Shown here: one piece after another, positions 11,425-21,846 of the stretch
How positions within the stretch are numbered: position 1 is the stretch's first letter
Layout of the letters: each line of letters begins with the position of its first letter
DNA from: a virus
Lineage: Duplodnaviria; Caudoviricetes
Reading direction: 5' to 3' (one strand)
IMG/VR virus record: IMGVR_UViG_3300014204_000125
Span: 1-64,000 of that record
DNA length: 64,000 nucleotides
The notes under the pieces: generated by a model
Database searches by the model: none
Seen by the model: only the letters and a program-made list of their open reading frames with translations
What the model was told of the DNA's origin: nothing
Made by a program: the position numbers and the translations under genes

Positions 11425-11802
11425 TTACGACTGCGAAATTATTCTGACTTTCATGGCTATCCCCCAGAGGATTTCCCCGTCTTGTGATGTCTTTAGATGT
11501 TTCGCAATAAATTCGATTATTTGGAGAGTGTAATCGATTCCAGACTCCTGATCCTGAAACACAACATTCATAAATTTAGGGATGCTTTCTAAAAGGGTTT
11601 TATTGGTCTCGTCCGTGAGTTTCCACTGGATCGTTCCAACCTCATACGCCTCCCGGGCAACATAGGAATCATTCGACCCAATCCCCTTCGGCATCGTGTG
11701 TTTGACCGAATTGTACTTGGGGCGAAGATCTTTTGTCGTGGGGCCGTACACAGCGACTTGGTTCGCAGGGGCCCACTGGAATATCCATGTGCGCGCGCTC
11801 AT
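11425..11802 (-). CDS. Small tail protein (Dit-like by position)
   Basis: Start refined to the ATGA overlap with the upstream stop; synteny only. Confidence 0.5.
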   Translation of the reverse strand: MSARTWIFQWAPANQVAVYGPTTKDLRPKYNSVKHTMPKGIGSNDSYVAREAYEVGTIQWKLTDETNKTLLESIPKFMNVVFQDQESGIDYTLQIIEFIAKHLKTSQDGEILWGIAMKVRIISQS

Positions 11803-12200
11803 ATCAACACCCGATTCCATTTCAGCGTTATAGAATACGCCGTTTTATTGCCCTTCAAAGTTAAACCCTCGAGATGCGAAATCGTGGAATCGATTATTTC
11901 TATGCGATAGTTTAATCCGGAATTATAGTATGCCCCATAGAACCCAGAGAAGCCCATTTTTGTACCTCGTGTAAAAGAAGCTAGCGTATTATATAAAGAT
12001 GTCCCGGACTGTACTAAAGGCCAGATTGCCGAGTCTATGATGTTCATTTTAATCCCACTCGGGCTCACCCATTCGTTTGTGAAGTAGACAGGTTTCCCGA
12101 AACCGGGTTTAAATAAACCATATTCCGGCTCCGATGATTCGATCGAAGCCGGACCTAATGGCAATCGGGTTGTATTGAAGTAGAATTTCGCTCTATTCAT
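11799..12200 (-). CDS. Small tail protein (Dit-like by position)
   Basis: 133 aa directly after TMP. Confidence 0.5.
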   Translation of the reverse strand: MNRAKFYFNTTRLPLGPASIESSEPEYGLFKPGFGKPVYFTNEWVSPSGIKMNIIDSAIWPLVQSGTSLYNTLASFTRGTKMGFSGFYGAYYNSGLNYRIEIIDSTISHLEGLTLKGNKTAYSITLKWNRVLI

Positions 12201-12201
12201 A

Positions 12202-15200
12202 TCAGCCTACATTTTTACTCGGGGTTGTGAAGGTAGCCAAGTTTCTCTGATACTCCGCGACCCCATCGCTTATCGATCTCGCGACCTGGGAAGAATTGGC
12301 TCCCGAACCCACCTGAATAGTAAGTGTTCCTATCTGTACCGCCGAGGCATTTGCTGTGGCCTGAGCCTTTGGCATTTCGAAAGCAGTGGGCGCATTGAAT
12401 ACGCCTTCACTGATCTTCATAAGTGCGAGAGTATTTCTATCCAGTGCCTCTGTGTTTTTGGTCACGGGATAGAACTCTCTCTGTGGGGGCGGGGGTGGGG
12501 CTTCATCGTCTCCGCCTCCACCGAACAGGCCACCCAGAACCCCGATGATCGCGCCCGGGATTCCACCCGACATAAATCCAGTAAGCCCGCCCGCGAGCGC
12601 ACCTGCGCCTTTAGATTTCGTGGCTTTCCCTACCCCGTATCCCACGAGCCCGCCGGTGAGTGTTCCCATGATTCCTCCACCACCGCCGAATAGTCCACCC
12701 GATCCGGATTCTGCCGCAGATGATAATGAATTGGCTCCGCCTTTTGTGAACCAACTTCCCGCATCAGCGCCGCCCCCGCCACCGAATGCGCTCATAAGCG
12801 AACTCCCGATCGAACCCATACTGCCACCCGAGGCCGCATTTACGACATTGAATACAGTGCTACCGCCGGCGCCAATGAAACTACCCACTGAAGAATTTCC
12901 TGCCGCAGAGAACATAGACTTGCCGCCCGAGAACAATCCGCCGAGAGCCGGGACTGCACCCGCTAACGACATCGAGTTTGTTGATTTGGATCCACCGCCG
13001 CCGAACAGACTTCCGAATATCCCGCTTCCTCCGCCGGCTCCGAATAGCCCACTTAAACCGCCGTCAACAAGTGCGCCCGCGATCTTGTCGAAGATTTTCT
13101 TTATGACTGTATTCCCGATGTCTTCGAGAACCTTTTTCCATTTATTCGTGGATTCATTTACTTTATCGAGACTTTCCTTGGTCTGTTTAATCTGGTCGTT
13201 TACCTGACGGTACTTATCGCGAGCCGCGTTTATTTTGTCAATGTTTCCCGTTTGTTCCGCACCCGCGACATCCCCGGAAGCCATGCTCGCATCGCCCTGA
13301 AGTTTTGTAAGCTGTGCGTTTATCTCGTCGCGCTTTTTGTTCTTCTCGTCCCGCTCTTTCATTAGGGTTATCGGGTTAAAGAGTTCATTCAGTATTCCCG
13401 AAACCTTATTGATCGCTGCGAGTCTCTGGGCGGCTTCCCCCTGTGCCTGAATGAGTTGGAGCCTTTCCTTTTCTGACTCCACGACTTCCTTCATCTGTAG
13501 AAGATCGGTATTCGTAGTTTCAAGTTTCTCAATGGCTCTCGCTATGCCTTGTTTTGCCGCCTCGTCAGTATCCACGGCAAGCATCTTAGCTTCGAGCCCC
13601 GCTTTTATTTCCTGAACTTTAATCGCATACTCGCGCTCTTTGAAGGCAATGAGCTCTTTCTGCTGGCGCAACTGGAATTTAACATCATCCGAGGGATCGT
13701 TGACACTTCCCCCGCGACGGGTTGACTCGAGTTTCTGCTGGAACGCGAAGCGATTCTCCGTGGCTTTTTTGGCCGCGGTTTGCTGTCTCTCAAGGTTCTC
13801 TTGGATATCCACTTTGATCCAGCCGGGGGTTGCCGCTTTTTCCTCTTCCATTTTGATCCGGGCCGTGTCCGACATGCCCTGATATTTCTTCCTATTCTCA
13901 TCGGACAATCCCTTATCCCCGGCGTAGCGAGCGTACATCTCCATCTCGCGCTGGTAGTCTGCGGTCTTCCGGATCGATTTCATCTCTTGACTGGAGAGGT
14001 ATTTATTGACTTCTTTCTCAAGATAGACTTGCTGTTCTTTGAGGACGTTATATTTAGCCTGCTCGGCGTTGATCCTGGCCTGTGCGTCGAGCCCTTCCAT
14101 GCGCTCGGCTTTGCGGGCTGCGCCACCGCCTCCAGACGCCTTAGTTTTCGAGTATTCAATTAAAGATTTGCCATACAAAGCCAACTCTCTTGCTTCGGAG
14201 TTGCTTTCTGAATTTGCTCCCCCTGCTTTCTCTAAAGCAGACATAACGCCTTCGTACACGACTCGAGCTTTTGCTTTCTCTTCGATTTGAGGATTGGTTA
14301 AGGTTCCGCCTTGTTTTTTCTGCAAAGCATCAAATGATTCCATCGTTTTTTGAGCTTCTTTGGCCTTTGGAACCCCAATATCAATAATTTCTTGGATCTT
14401 TTCTTTTATATTTGGCTGGGCGGAAACCGTTTTTTTTGTGCCCATTAAATATGTAAGGGCTGTGTCCAAAATACCAGCGCCCTTACCGAGTCCCATAAAC
14501 TGAGCCCCGATATTTATTATCCAATTCTGTCCTGTCAAATTAGACAGAGAAGTGATCAAAGAGTTTATTGCAGATGTAAAAAGATTTATTGAATTTGGGA
14601 TTAACTGTAAAGTATTATAAAATTCAGTCAATTTCTCTTTTGTAACAAGCGTTTTACCGCTCGCATCGACCATCCCCGCGCTATATGCGTAATACGCAAG
14701 ATTAATATCCGACAGTTCTTTTTTTGTGTCAGCAATTGCATCGGCAAGTTTCATTTGTTCTTCTACTCTGCCTGTTCTTCCCGCCCTATCGTATTCGTCA
14801 TTTTGCTTTACAAGAAGCGCATTAATTTTATCCATATTTTCTTGTATAGACATATAGGTGGAAAGGGACTCTCCCATAAATGAACCCGAAGCCCGAGTGT
14901 TTAACCCGCCCTTTTCTGCGTTTTCCTGTATTCGAGCCATTGTGAGTTCTATCGTATTCGAAATACTTTCGGTCAAAGGACCAGCCTGTTTGGGTTTAAT
15001 ATCCGACATTACTCCTATAATGTTTTTTATGAGCCCCACCGCATCATCTTTTACTTTTCCGGCGAGAACGGCAAATTGAGCCGCGTCTTGCTTCAAGAAA
15101 ACAGAAAGCGGGCCCTCTTTAATTTCCTTTTCTTTTTCAAATAAACGAGTTAATTCCAAATACCTTTCCGAATCAATTCCCCAATCGGCAGCTAAAGTCG

Positions 15201-17523
15201 TGTTTCCCTCCGGTGTGGAATAAGGTTTTCTCTTCGCATATCTTGCTCTTTCATTTTCAGATATACTTCTAATTGAAGCCATATCTTCAAACTGGGATTG
15301 CATTTCTCTTACTTTTCTGTTTTCTAGTCTACCGCTTTCAGGGATGAAAGTTTTAAAACCCTTGACAATATCATCTATCGGAGGTCCACCCGCTTCGGGC
15401 AATATACCCTGTTTTTGGAGCATTTTTAGATTCTTTTCGGTTTGGGCTATTTTGATCTGCCCGTTTTCAATATCAACCTGTAACCCCTTTTCCAGAATAA
15501 GGGTATTTAAATCTTTATCGGAAAGACCCGACAAAGCGTTTGGGAGGTTAGCGGTTTTTTCTTGAATAGTTTTAAATTTATTAAGTTCTTTATTTACATC
15601 GCTCATTGATTTTGCAAAAGCATCATTCTCTGCCGTTGACTTTTGCATCTCGGCTCTATTTTTAGCCCATACTGAAATAAGTCCGGTAACAATAGCGAAT
15701 ACAGCCGCAACACCTACTTGAGTTGCAGATAGTCCCATAATTATAGGTTTAAGCCAAGAAAGGGCACCAACTGCCATTGCGCCAATTCCTGCGGCAAGCG
15801 TCGCGACAGCCGCCGCCATCGCATATGCCGCCGCACCACCTTCATTAAAGCTCTTGGTTACAGATGTTAAAGCTGGATATATATATTGGGAAACCGCCGA
15901 AGCCATCTCTAATCCGGTCTGTTTAAATACTTCCCACTGCCGAGATAATTTTGACATCTCAGTCATGTTGGCGCGTTCAGCGAACCCAAGAGAATTGTGT
16001 TGGTTAATCATCTGGGTAGAAACTGTTTTCCAATTATTCATTATACCGAGGAAAATGTTTATCTGGCGCCCCGCAGCGATGGTTTCGCCGACTTGTTTTC
16101 TCTGAACATCAGTTAAGTTTTCCCATCGTTTTGCAATTTCTGTCAAAAGATATTCGGAAGAAGATATATTCCCGGCTTGATCTGTAAAATTGATATCACT
16201 TAAAGGAGCAATCGATTTGAGTTTTTGCATTGAACTCAATCTCTGAACCCTTTCCAAAATAGTCTTCAGGGCATTTCCGATTATGTCTCCTGACTGCCTT
16301 GTCTTTTCAGCCGCAGCGGCAACGAGTCCGTTGAAGAATTCGAAAGAAGATCCCGTAGCCTGAGCAACAGCACCCGCTTTAAGGAACGCTTCAATTAACT
16401 CTTTCGCTGAAACCGCTGATCTCGCCTGAACGATCGCAAGCTTATCCACGATAGTTGAGGACTGATTTAGATCCATATTATAAACTCGGGTCACGGCTGT
16501 GATTGCAGAAACCGAATCCTTAAATGATGTCGCAGCAATATTGGAAGCTAATAAAGCAGATTTTGTAACAGCTAAAATCTCATTGACTTTTAACCCCTGT
16601 TGAGCAAAGGTTACATAGGCTTCAAGGATTTGACTTGAAGTTTGACCGTAAGTTTTTGAAAGATCATATAGACTTCCTCGAAGCATTCCAATACTTTCGG
16701 TCATAGGCAAATATTTTCTGATATCGATAAATTGCTCTTCCGCGTTTCCAAGTTCCTGAAGAGTACCAAGTAAAGTTTTATGAGCCTGAGAAAGCAAGAG
16801 AAACGAACCATAGTATGTCCCGAGTTTCCCTGCTGCATTTTTAAGGGTTTCCATGGATTTCCCGAAATCTACCCCGGCCTGCTGGAACCAAGTGAGAGGA
16901 GGACCTTGAGTCACAGCGGCTTTTCCTCCGCCTGTTGCCGCATTTACGCCCCCTGCCGTCACTCTTATATTCGCTCCCTGTGGCATCGACCCCATTACAT
17001 TCGCAACTTGTTGCATCATGGGGATTGCTGTCTTGGCATTGGGAGCCACGCGCGCGAGGTTGCGGAAAGATAAAGCTAAATTATTTATCTGCCGAGCCAT
17101 CTGACCCAATCCCGACGCTGCCTGTGGTCCCATAGTGGCGTAAGGCGCCATTGTGGTCGCGAGACGAGCAAGCGCTGTTTCTAACCTTGGGATCATCCCG
17201 ACATCGACCTTGGCGAGTCTTTCGAAGGCGCTCGCCGCGGTCAATAGCATTCGGGCCATATTCCCTAAGTTAGCAAGATTGGTTACGCCGGTTGCAGAAA
17301 AAAGAGGACTCGCGGAAAGGCGCCGGCTTACATTTTCGGCTGCATTTGCGAACCGAGTCATTGTGCCTTCTATACCTTTAATTTTTGACTGGGCGTCCCC
17401 AAGAGATCTAAGCCCGCCCGCCATTGCCGTCATAGACTTCGCCACAGCCGCCATATTGACGCTGGCGCGATCGTCCATGATCATTTCCATCATCCACGTT
17501 ACTTTATTCTGCATATCGGCCAT
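12202..17523 (-). CDS. Tail tape measure protein
   Basis: 1773 aa, helical Ala/Lys/Glu-rich, TP901-type core (TRQSGDIIGNALKTI, IAAGRQIN), Gly-rich hydrophobic C-terminus; follows the chaperone pair. Confidence 0.93.
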   Translation of the reverse strand: MADMQNKVTWMMEMIMDDRASVNMAAVAKSMTAMAGGLRSLGDAQSKIKGIEGTMTRFANAAENVSRRLSASPLFSATGVTNLANLGNMARMLLTAASAFERLAKVDVGMIPRLETALARLATTMAPYATMGPQAASGLGQMARQINNLALSFRNLARVAPNAKTAIPMMQQVANVMGSMPQGANIRVTAGGVNAATGGGKAAVTQGPPLTWFQQAGVDFGKSMETLKNAAGKLGTYYGSFLLLSQAHKTLLGTLQELGNAEEQFIDIRKYLPMTESIGMLRGSLYDLSKTYGQTSSQILEAYVTFAQQGLKVNEILAVTKSALLASNIAATSFKDSVSAITAVTRVYNMDLNQSSTIVDKLAIVQARSAVSAKELIEAFLKAGAVAQATGSSFEFFNGLVAAAAEKTRQSGDIIGNALKTILERVQRLSSMQKLKSIAPLSDINFTDQAGNISSSEYLLTEIAKRWENLTDVQRKQVGETIAAGRQINIFLGIMNNWKTVSTQMINQHNSLGFAERANMTEMSKLSRQWEVFKQTGLEMASAVSQYIYPALTSVTKSFNEGGAAAYAMAAAVATLAAGIGAMAVGALSWLKPIIMGLSATQVGVAAVFAIVTGLISVWAKNRAEMQKSTAENDAFAKSMSDVNKELNKFKTIQEKTANLPNALSGLSDKDLNTLILEKGLQVDIENGQIKIAQTEKNLKMLQKQGILPEAGGPPIDDIVKGFKTFIPESGRLENRKVREMQSQFEDMASIRSISENERARYAKRKPYSTPEGNTTLAADWGIDSERYLELTRLFEKEKEIKEGPLSVFLKQDAAQFAVLAGKVKDDAVGLIKNIIGVMSDIKPKQAGPLTESISNTIELTMARIQENAEKGGLNTRASGSFMGESLSTYMSIQENMDKINALLVKQNDEYDRAGRTGRVEEQMKLADAIADTKKELSDINLAYYAYSAGMVDASGKTLVTKEKLTEFYNTLQLIPNSINLFTSAINSLITSLSNLTGQNWIINIGAQFMGLGKGAGILDTALTYLMGTKKTVSAQPNIKEKIQEIIDIGVPKAKEAQKTMESFDALQKKQGGTLTNPQIEEKAKARVVYEGVMSALEKAGGANSESNSEARELALYGKSLIEYSKTKASGGGGAARKAERMEGLDAQARINAEQAKYNVLKEQQVYLEKEVNKYLSSQEMKSIRKTADYQREMEMYARYAGDKGLSDENRKKYQGMSDTARIKMEEEKAATPGWIKVDIQENLERQQTAAKKATENRFAFQQKLESTRRGGSVNDPSDDVKFQLRQQKELIAFKEREYAIKVQEIKAGLEAKMLAVDTDEAAKQGIARAIEKLETTNTDLLQMKEVVESEKERLQLIQAQGEAAQRLAAINKVSGILNELFNPITLMKERDEKNKKRDEINAQLTKLQGDASMASGDVAGAEQTGNIDKINAARDKYRQVNDQIKQTKESLDKVNESTNKWKKVLEDIGNTVIKKIFDKIAGALVDGGLSGLFGAGGGSGIFGSLFGGGGSKSTNSMSLAGAVPALGGLFSGGKSMFSAAGNSSVGSFIGAGGSTVFNVVNAASGGSMGSIGSSLMSAFGGGGGADAGSWFTKGGANSLSSAAESGSGGLFGGGGGIMGTLTGGLVGYGVGKATKSKGAGALAGGLTGFMSGGIPGAIIGVLGGLFGGGGDDEAPPPPPQREFYPVTKNTEALDRNTLALMKISEGVFNAPTAFEMPKAQATANASAVQIGTLTIQVGSGANSSQVARSISDGVAEYQRNLATFTTPSKNVG

Positions 17524-17528
17524 ATTTT

Positions 17529-17801
17529 TCAGCTCCTGTTTGCTCTTCTTTTTATCTCTTCTAGTTCACGTTTGCGTTGTCTATCCATTAAAAACCTATC
17601 CAATTCGTAGTCGTTGTCCCAGATATCATTGCCCGGGCGATCCTCCCCCGTGGTTTCAGTTAAGCCGTCATAGAAAGCGAGCCAACGCAACATTTGAGCC
17701 TTATTAAACGAGATTTGATAATCCTGGCCCGGGAAGATTAAGCCGATGTTTCCTGATTTGCAGGCTTGGTATCGGAACCACCATTCCGGATCACGGGCCA
17801 T
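17529..17801 (-). CDS. Tail assembly chaperone C-terminal extension (gpT-like, via -1 frameshift)
   Basis: Overlaps the upstream ORF in the -1 frame, just after T TTT TTA. Confidence 0.75.
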   Translation of the reverse strand: MARDPEWWFRYQACKSGNIGLIFPGQDYQISFNKAQMLRWLAFYDGLTETTGEDRPGNDIWDNDYELDRFLMDRQRKRELEEIKRRANRS

Positions 17802-18484
17802 GCGTCTAAAAAACGCTCCTCAATCCCTTGCCAGAACTTCGTTGCGACCTTTAATACCGCGCGGAGTTCGCTTCCATTTTTGTATTTCTGGATATCGTCG
17901 TAATGCTTGAATATGGGCTGATCATTCTCGTCCACGAAGCAGAGGGAGAGTTTTACGAACTCCATTTCTTTGCCGAGCAGCATTTCAAGGCATCCACAGA
18001 AAAGACCCTCGAGTTCCATTGTCTTTCCCGTGTATTCCTGCATTGCCTTTTCACATTTCTCGCAGAGATCCTGAAAGTCCTTGGATACGGTGTTGTCGGG
18101 GTTGACCTTCATGCCCATCGGATACGAATTCATCTCTTTGAAATAATCCGAAAAGCGCTGGGCGACTTCTTTGTAATTTTCTTCGTCCTCTTTCGTCCAG
18201 TCCCCCGATTTCTCGAGTTTCTTGGCGAGAACTTTCCTTGACACATAGCCTTCGTCGATCATTTCGATATAGCGCCTCGCGTATCTGCGTCGGATAACGG
18301 TTTCCGCGTTTACATCCGCATTTTTGATGAACGCGGATTTCCCGTCGAACATGATTTCAATTTTGTCCTGGATCAGAACATCCGTTGCGTCTGCGTACTT
18401 CGACTCTTCCTTGGCCTCAGCCTTCTGAACATCGATTAGGGTCATTTCTTTTTTTGCCACTGGGGTTGCCTGCGTTTCTTCCAT
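17738..18484 (-). CDS. Tail assembly chaperone (gpG-like)
   Basis: Acidic helical protein between tube and TMP; GGAGG RBS supports ATG at 18484. Confidence 0.75.
   Translation of the reverse strand: MEETQATPVAKKEMTLIDVQKAEAKEESKYADATDVLIQDKIEIMFDGKSAFIKNADVNAETVIRRRYARRYIEMIDEGYVSRKVLAKKLEKSGDWTKEDEENYKEVAQRFSDYFKEMNSYPMGMKVNPDNTVSKDFQDLCEKCEKAMQEYTGKTMELEGLFCGCLEMLLGKEMEFVKLSLCFVDENDQPIFKHYDDIQKYKNGSELRAVLKVATKFWQGIEERFLDAWPVIRNGGSDTKPANQETSA
17807..17813 (-). other. Programmed -1 frameshift slippery heptamer T TTT TTA
   Basis: CGT TTT TTA GAC; a -1 slip gives TTT AGA CGC ATG GCC, in frame with the 17529-17801 ORF. Canonical gpG/gpGT position. Confidence 0.8.
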
Positions 18485-18507
18485 AATATCCTCCAACTCT
18501 ATATTTT

Positions 18508-18541
18508 TAGGGGCGAGGGTCGCATGGATCCCCGCCCCTAA
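18508..18541. other. GC-rich intergenic hairpin after the tail tube gene
   Basis: taggggcgagggtc...gatccccgccccta; no U-tract on the - strand, so a stabiliser/attenuator is more likely than a terminator. Confidence 0.5.
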
Positions 18542-18566
18542 TACCGGGATTATTTAATTATTGAGA

Positions 18567-19829
18567 TTAAAGCACAAAGGGATTGACGCCAGTGCCGCTC
18601 ATTATGAAGTTGTTGCCTTCGAGACTAAAGGTGCGAGTTCCGAACGATGCTCCGGCTTTTCCGTCGCTGTTTTCGCTCGCGACTTTCATTCCCGACATCG
18701 TTACCTTGCAAAGCAAATTCGCGGCTAAATGCACAGTCTCGCTATTGTAGAATGACATCGTGACAACCATGTCATTGACATAGTTATTCGCGTCAACCAC
18801 CGTCGAAGAAGTCCCGACCATCTGCTTCATCATTTCGAGATCGTTATCGTTGATGGTGATGTCGGCTTTAACGGGAACGGGATACGTGACAACCCTGTCA
18901 ACATCCCTCTGGGTTCCCATTTCGTTCGAAGCGATACGGCCGAGATTAAGGGTAGCCGCGACGCTCTGGATACGCAACGATTTGGTTTCGGCTTCCGTGG
19001 CTTTATGCAAACTGATAACGATAGCGCCCCTGCGGAGTCCGCCGCGTTCGTTGGTGTCAGCGAGTCCCGGGAAAGCCTGAGAAGTGTCTTTCGTGAGGAG
19101 CATGACTACCCTCTCGGTGCCATCGAAGGTCACGCCGGCGATGGCTAACGAGTTCGTTGCGAAGCTCGGGGTGACTTCTGTCGTGTAAGAATCGATTCTG
19201 TTTACGAACGCTTTTACGAAGGTATAGCCGCTCGAGAAATCGGCGTATCCGGGATCCCATGTCGCGGAACTTGTCGCGGCAATGGGATAGCACACGACTA
19301 CCCTGATGTCTTTGGAAGCCCCGTCGTAATCGGTTTTCGAATCGCCGGCGAGGCTGAAGGATTCGGTTGCTACGCCGTCGGTGGCAGCGCGGAGTTCGTA
19401 TGAATTCACGAACATACCGGGAACATAAGCCGATCTTGAGAGAACGGTATCGTTGAACTCGGAATACCTTGCCACTATTTCAGGCATATTGTTCGTGTCG
19501 AAGCCGAGGGTCGCATCTCCGTTTATGTCCATACCCGCGGAGGTCATGGTGAAGCAAAGGCCCGAGTTAAGCTGAGGCATCCAGCCCGAGTTCTTGTAGC
19601 CGGCCATCAGCATGAAATTGCCGACGTATCCGATTGCGTTGAAATCGAGTTTAAGTGAAGTGTCGGGGAGATTCGATTTACGTTCGATAACGCCGCCGTC
19701 ACCCATCTGTTTCATGTCTTCGTTGCTCAGATTTACACCGAGCGCTCCGCCCTGAAGGCGCTTGAGAGTTAAGCCGTTGATTTCGATTATTTCGCCTTTT
19801 CCAAGCATACCAGTCGTTTTTCTAGCCAT
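18567..19829 (-). CDS. Major tail tube protein
   Basis: 420 aa, beta-rich, strong AAGGAG RBS, located upstream of chaperones and TMP. Confidence 0.75.
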   Translation of the reverse strand: MARKTTGMLGKGEIIEINGLTLKRLQGGALGVNLSNEDMKQMGDGGVIERKSNLPDTSLKLDFNAIGYVGNFMLMAGYKNSGWMPQLNSGLCFTMTSAGMDINGDATLGFDTNNMPEIVARYSEFNDTVLSRSAYVPGMFVNSYELRAATDGVATESFSLAGDSKTDYDGASKDIRVVVCYPIAATSSATWDPGYADFSSGYTFVKAFVNRIDSYTTEVTPSFATNSLAIAGVTFDGTERVVMLLTKDTSQAFPGLADTNERGGLRRGAIVISLHKATEAETKSLRIQSVAATLNLGRIASNEMGTQRDVDRVVTYPVPVKADITINDNDLEMMKQMVGTSSTVVDANNYVNDMVVTMSFYNSETVHLAANLLCKVTMSGMKVASENSDGKAGASFGTRTFSLEGNNFIMSGTGVNPFVL

Positions 19830-19974
19830 TTTAATCCGCTCCTTTAAGTTAATTTATATTAACAATAAGATTTTTTTATTTCAAAATCAGTTTATATTAA
19901 AACAGAGATTGGAAGATATACGGTTTCCTTCGATAAAAATATCCGTTCCGCATTTGCTTTCAAATCTCCTTATC

Positions 19975-21215
19975 GTGAACTGCTTTAACTAAAAAATTTA
20001 AGAGCGTTGGGTTTCTTTGCCTTGCGAACTCGCAACGACTCCACCCGTTTTTGTTTAGAGTCCGACTGCGTTCCGCAACCAGACATTAAATTTATTCCTT
20101 GTTTCTTAATATTAATTGCAGCGTTAATGTCCCTGTCGTGAATTGTTTTACAGACAGGACAAGTCCATGTCCTTGTATTTAAAGGGAGATCTTCAAGAAC
20201 AAACCCGCAATCACTACACATTTTACTTGATGGGAAGAATCGATCAACTTGAATGAAGACTCGATTATTCCAATCCGATTTATATTTGAACTGGCGAATT
20301 AGTTCTCCCCAAGAACAATTAGATATGGACTTTGCTAAACTATGATTTTTTAACATACTAACTACCGATAAGTCTTCGGAAACAACCACTTGGTTTTCGT
20401 GAATTATTTCATGACTTATTTGATGTAGATGGTTTTCCCGAATATTCTTGATTTTGTTATGGATTCGGGCCAACTTAAATACCTGTTTTTTTCTTGAGCT
20501 GCTTCCTTTCTTTTTTTGGAAATCTGTCTTTGATTAAATTTTAATTTTTTCTCATATTTCTGATAAACTTTAAGGTTTTCATATTTCTTTCCGTCAGAAG
20601 TAATTACTAAGTCTTTAATCCCTAAGTCAAGCCCAACAGTATTCCCGTTCTGAGGGAGAACTTCATATTCTGTTTCGCAAGTAATTGAAACGAAGTATTG
20701 GTTACAAGGGTTCTTTGATATTGTGGCAAATAACATCTTTCCTGTTAATGGACGATGAAGAACTATTTCAATCCCCGATTTTAATTTAGGGATAAATAAT
20801 TTATTTTCTTTGACTTTAAAAGATTGGGGAATAGCAAACGATTGTTTATCCCGTTTGGACTTAAACTGGGGAAACATCGCTTTTTTTTTAAAGAACTTGA
20901 TATAAGCAGAGTCAAGATATTTCAATGACTGCAAAATAGACTGAGAGTTTACTTCTTTAAGCCATTTAAATTCTTCTGTTCCCTTTATGATAATTAGTTG
21001 TTTAGCATTATCGTAATAATTTAAGGTTTTCTTTTTCTCTTTTTTGTTATTTAAATAGTAGGATTTACGTTGATTTAAAAAATAATTATAAACGAAACGA
21101 CAACACCCAAAGTGTTTAATTAAAAAAACTTGTTGTTCTTTTTTCGGGTATATCCTATATTTAAAAGTTTTAATTACTATTTTTTTCATAGTTTAATATA
21201 TCATTTGTTTATAAG
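19975..21215 (-). mobile_element. TnpA-less IS200/IS605 (IS1341-like) element
   Basis: AT-rich insert between tail terminator and tube genes; ends ...GCAGTTCAC at 19975, a typical right end; left end approximate. Confidence 0.75.
19985..21189 (-). pseudogene. tnpB: TnpB RNA-guided nuclease split by a 1-nt frameshift
   Basis: N-terminal KYRIYP...HFGCCRFVYN, RuvC GLDLG / VSEDL / DRDINAAINI, Zn finger CSDC..CPVC; frame break in the A7 run at 20511-20517. Confidence 0.9.
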
Positions 21216-21222
21216 ATGTTCC

Positions 21223-21837
21223 TTACAGATCTACGCCTTTCACTCTATCATATTGAATTGTTCCCGTGATTTGGTAGGAGTACCTTTTAACGAAATTTGC
21301 AGTTTCAATATCCTCGATCTTGAGCCGAATCGTGCTCGCATCCCCGACGGCGAGAGTAAATACTCCGAGATCTTCCGTGGGCATCGTCAATATTGAATCA
21401 TCCGCAATAACATGGAGCTCTCTCGTAACCCCATCCCCATTCAGTTTCCAAATCAAATCGTTAAAGTCCGGGGTGCCGTTCCATTCATTGAAGTTCCAGA
21501 TATAATGTTGCCCGAAAAGCCGGGTATTCACTATATCGGAAGCGTCCATTGCATCCCCATCATTGACGCTCTGGATGTCCACCCAGAAATCCGATTTCTC
21601 TCCGAACCCGCCCATCTCGGGGATGTTGGGATCCCAAGAATTAAACTCAATGGCAGCGAGGGGGAGTTTCACGTTTTTTCCGGCTTCGTAATCCTCGGGA
21701 AGCACAACTTCTTTTGGGTTATCCACAATTTCAGTCGTATAGAAATACGCATTCGAACCAATGCGGCCCCCATCAATTTCGAGGATCTGTTTTATTTTAA
21801 GTAGTGAACTCAGGTGGACGAGTCTGCGTAAATTCAT
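21223..21837 (-). CDS. Tail terminator/completion protein
   Basis: 204 aa, LPLAAIE..EMGG motif, positioned before the tube gene. Confidence 0.6.
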   Translation of the reverse strand: MNLRRLVHLSSLLKIKQILEIDGGRIGSNAYFYTTEIVDNPKEVVLPEDYEAGKNVKLPLAAIEFNSWDPNIPEMGGFGEKSDFWVDIQSVNDGDAMDASDIVNTRLFGQHYIWNFNEWNGTPDFNDLIWKLNGDGVTRELHVIADDSILTMPTEDLGVFTLAVGDASTIRLKIEDIETANFVKRYSYQITGTIQYDRVKGVDL

Positions 21838-21846
21838 AATCCCCTC

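Noticed and set aside
12545-13207. 220-aa Pro-rich + strand ORF, and other + strand ORFs generally
   Set aside because: Antisense shadow of the Gly-rich TMP C-terminus. The + strand ORFs overlap well-supported - strand genes and lack family motifs.
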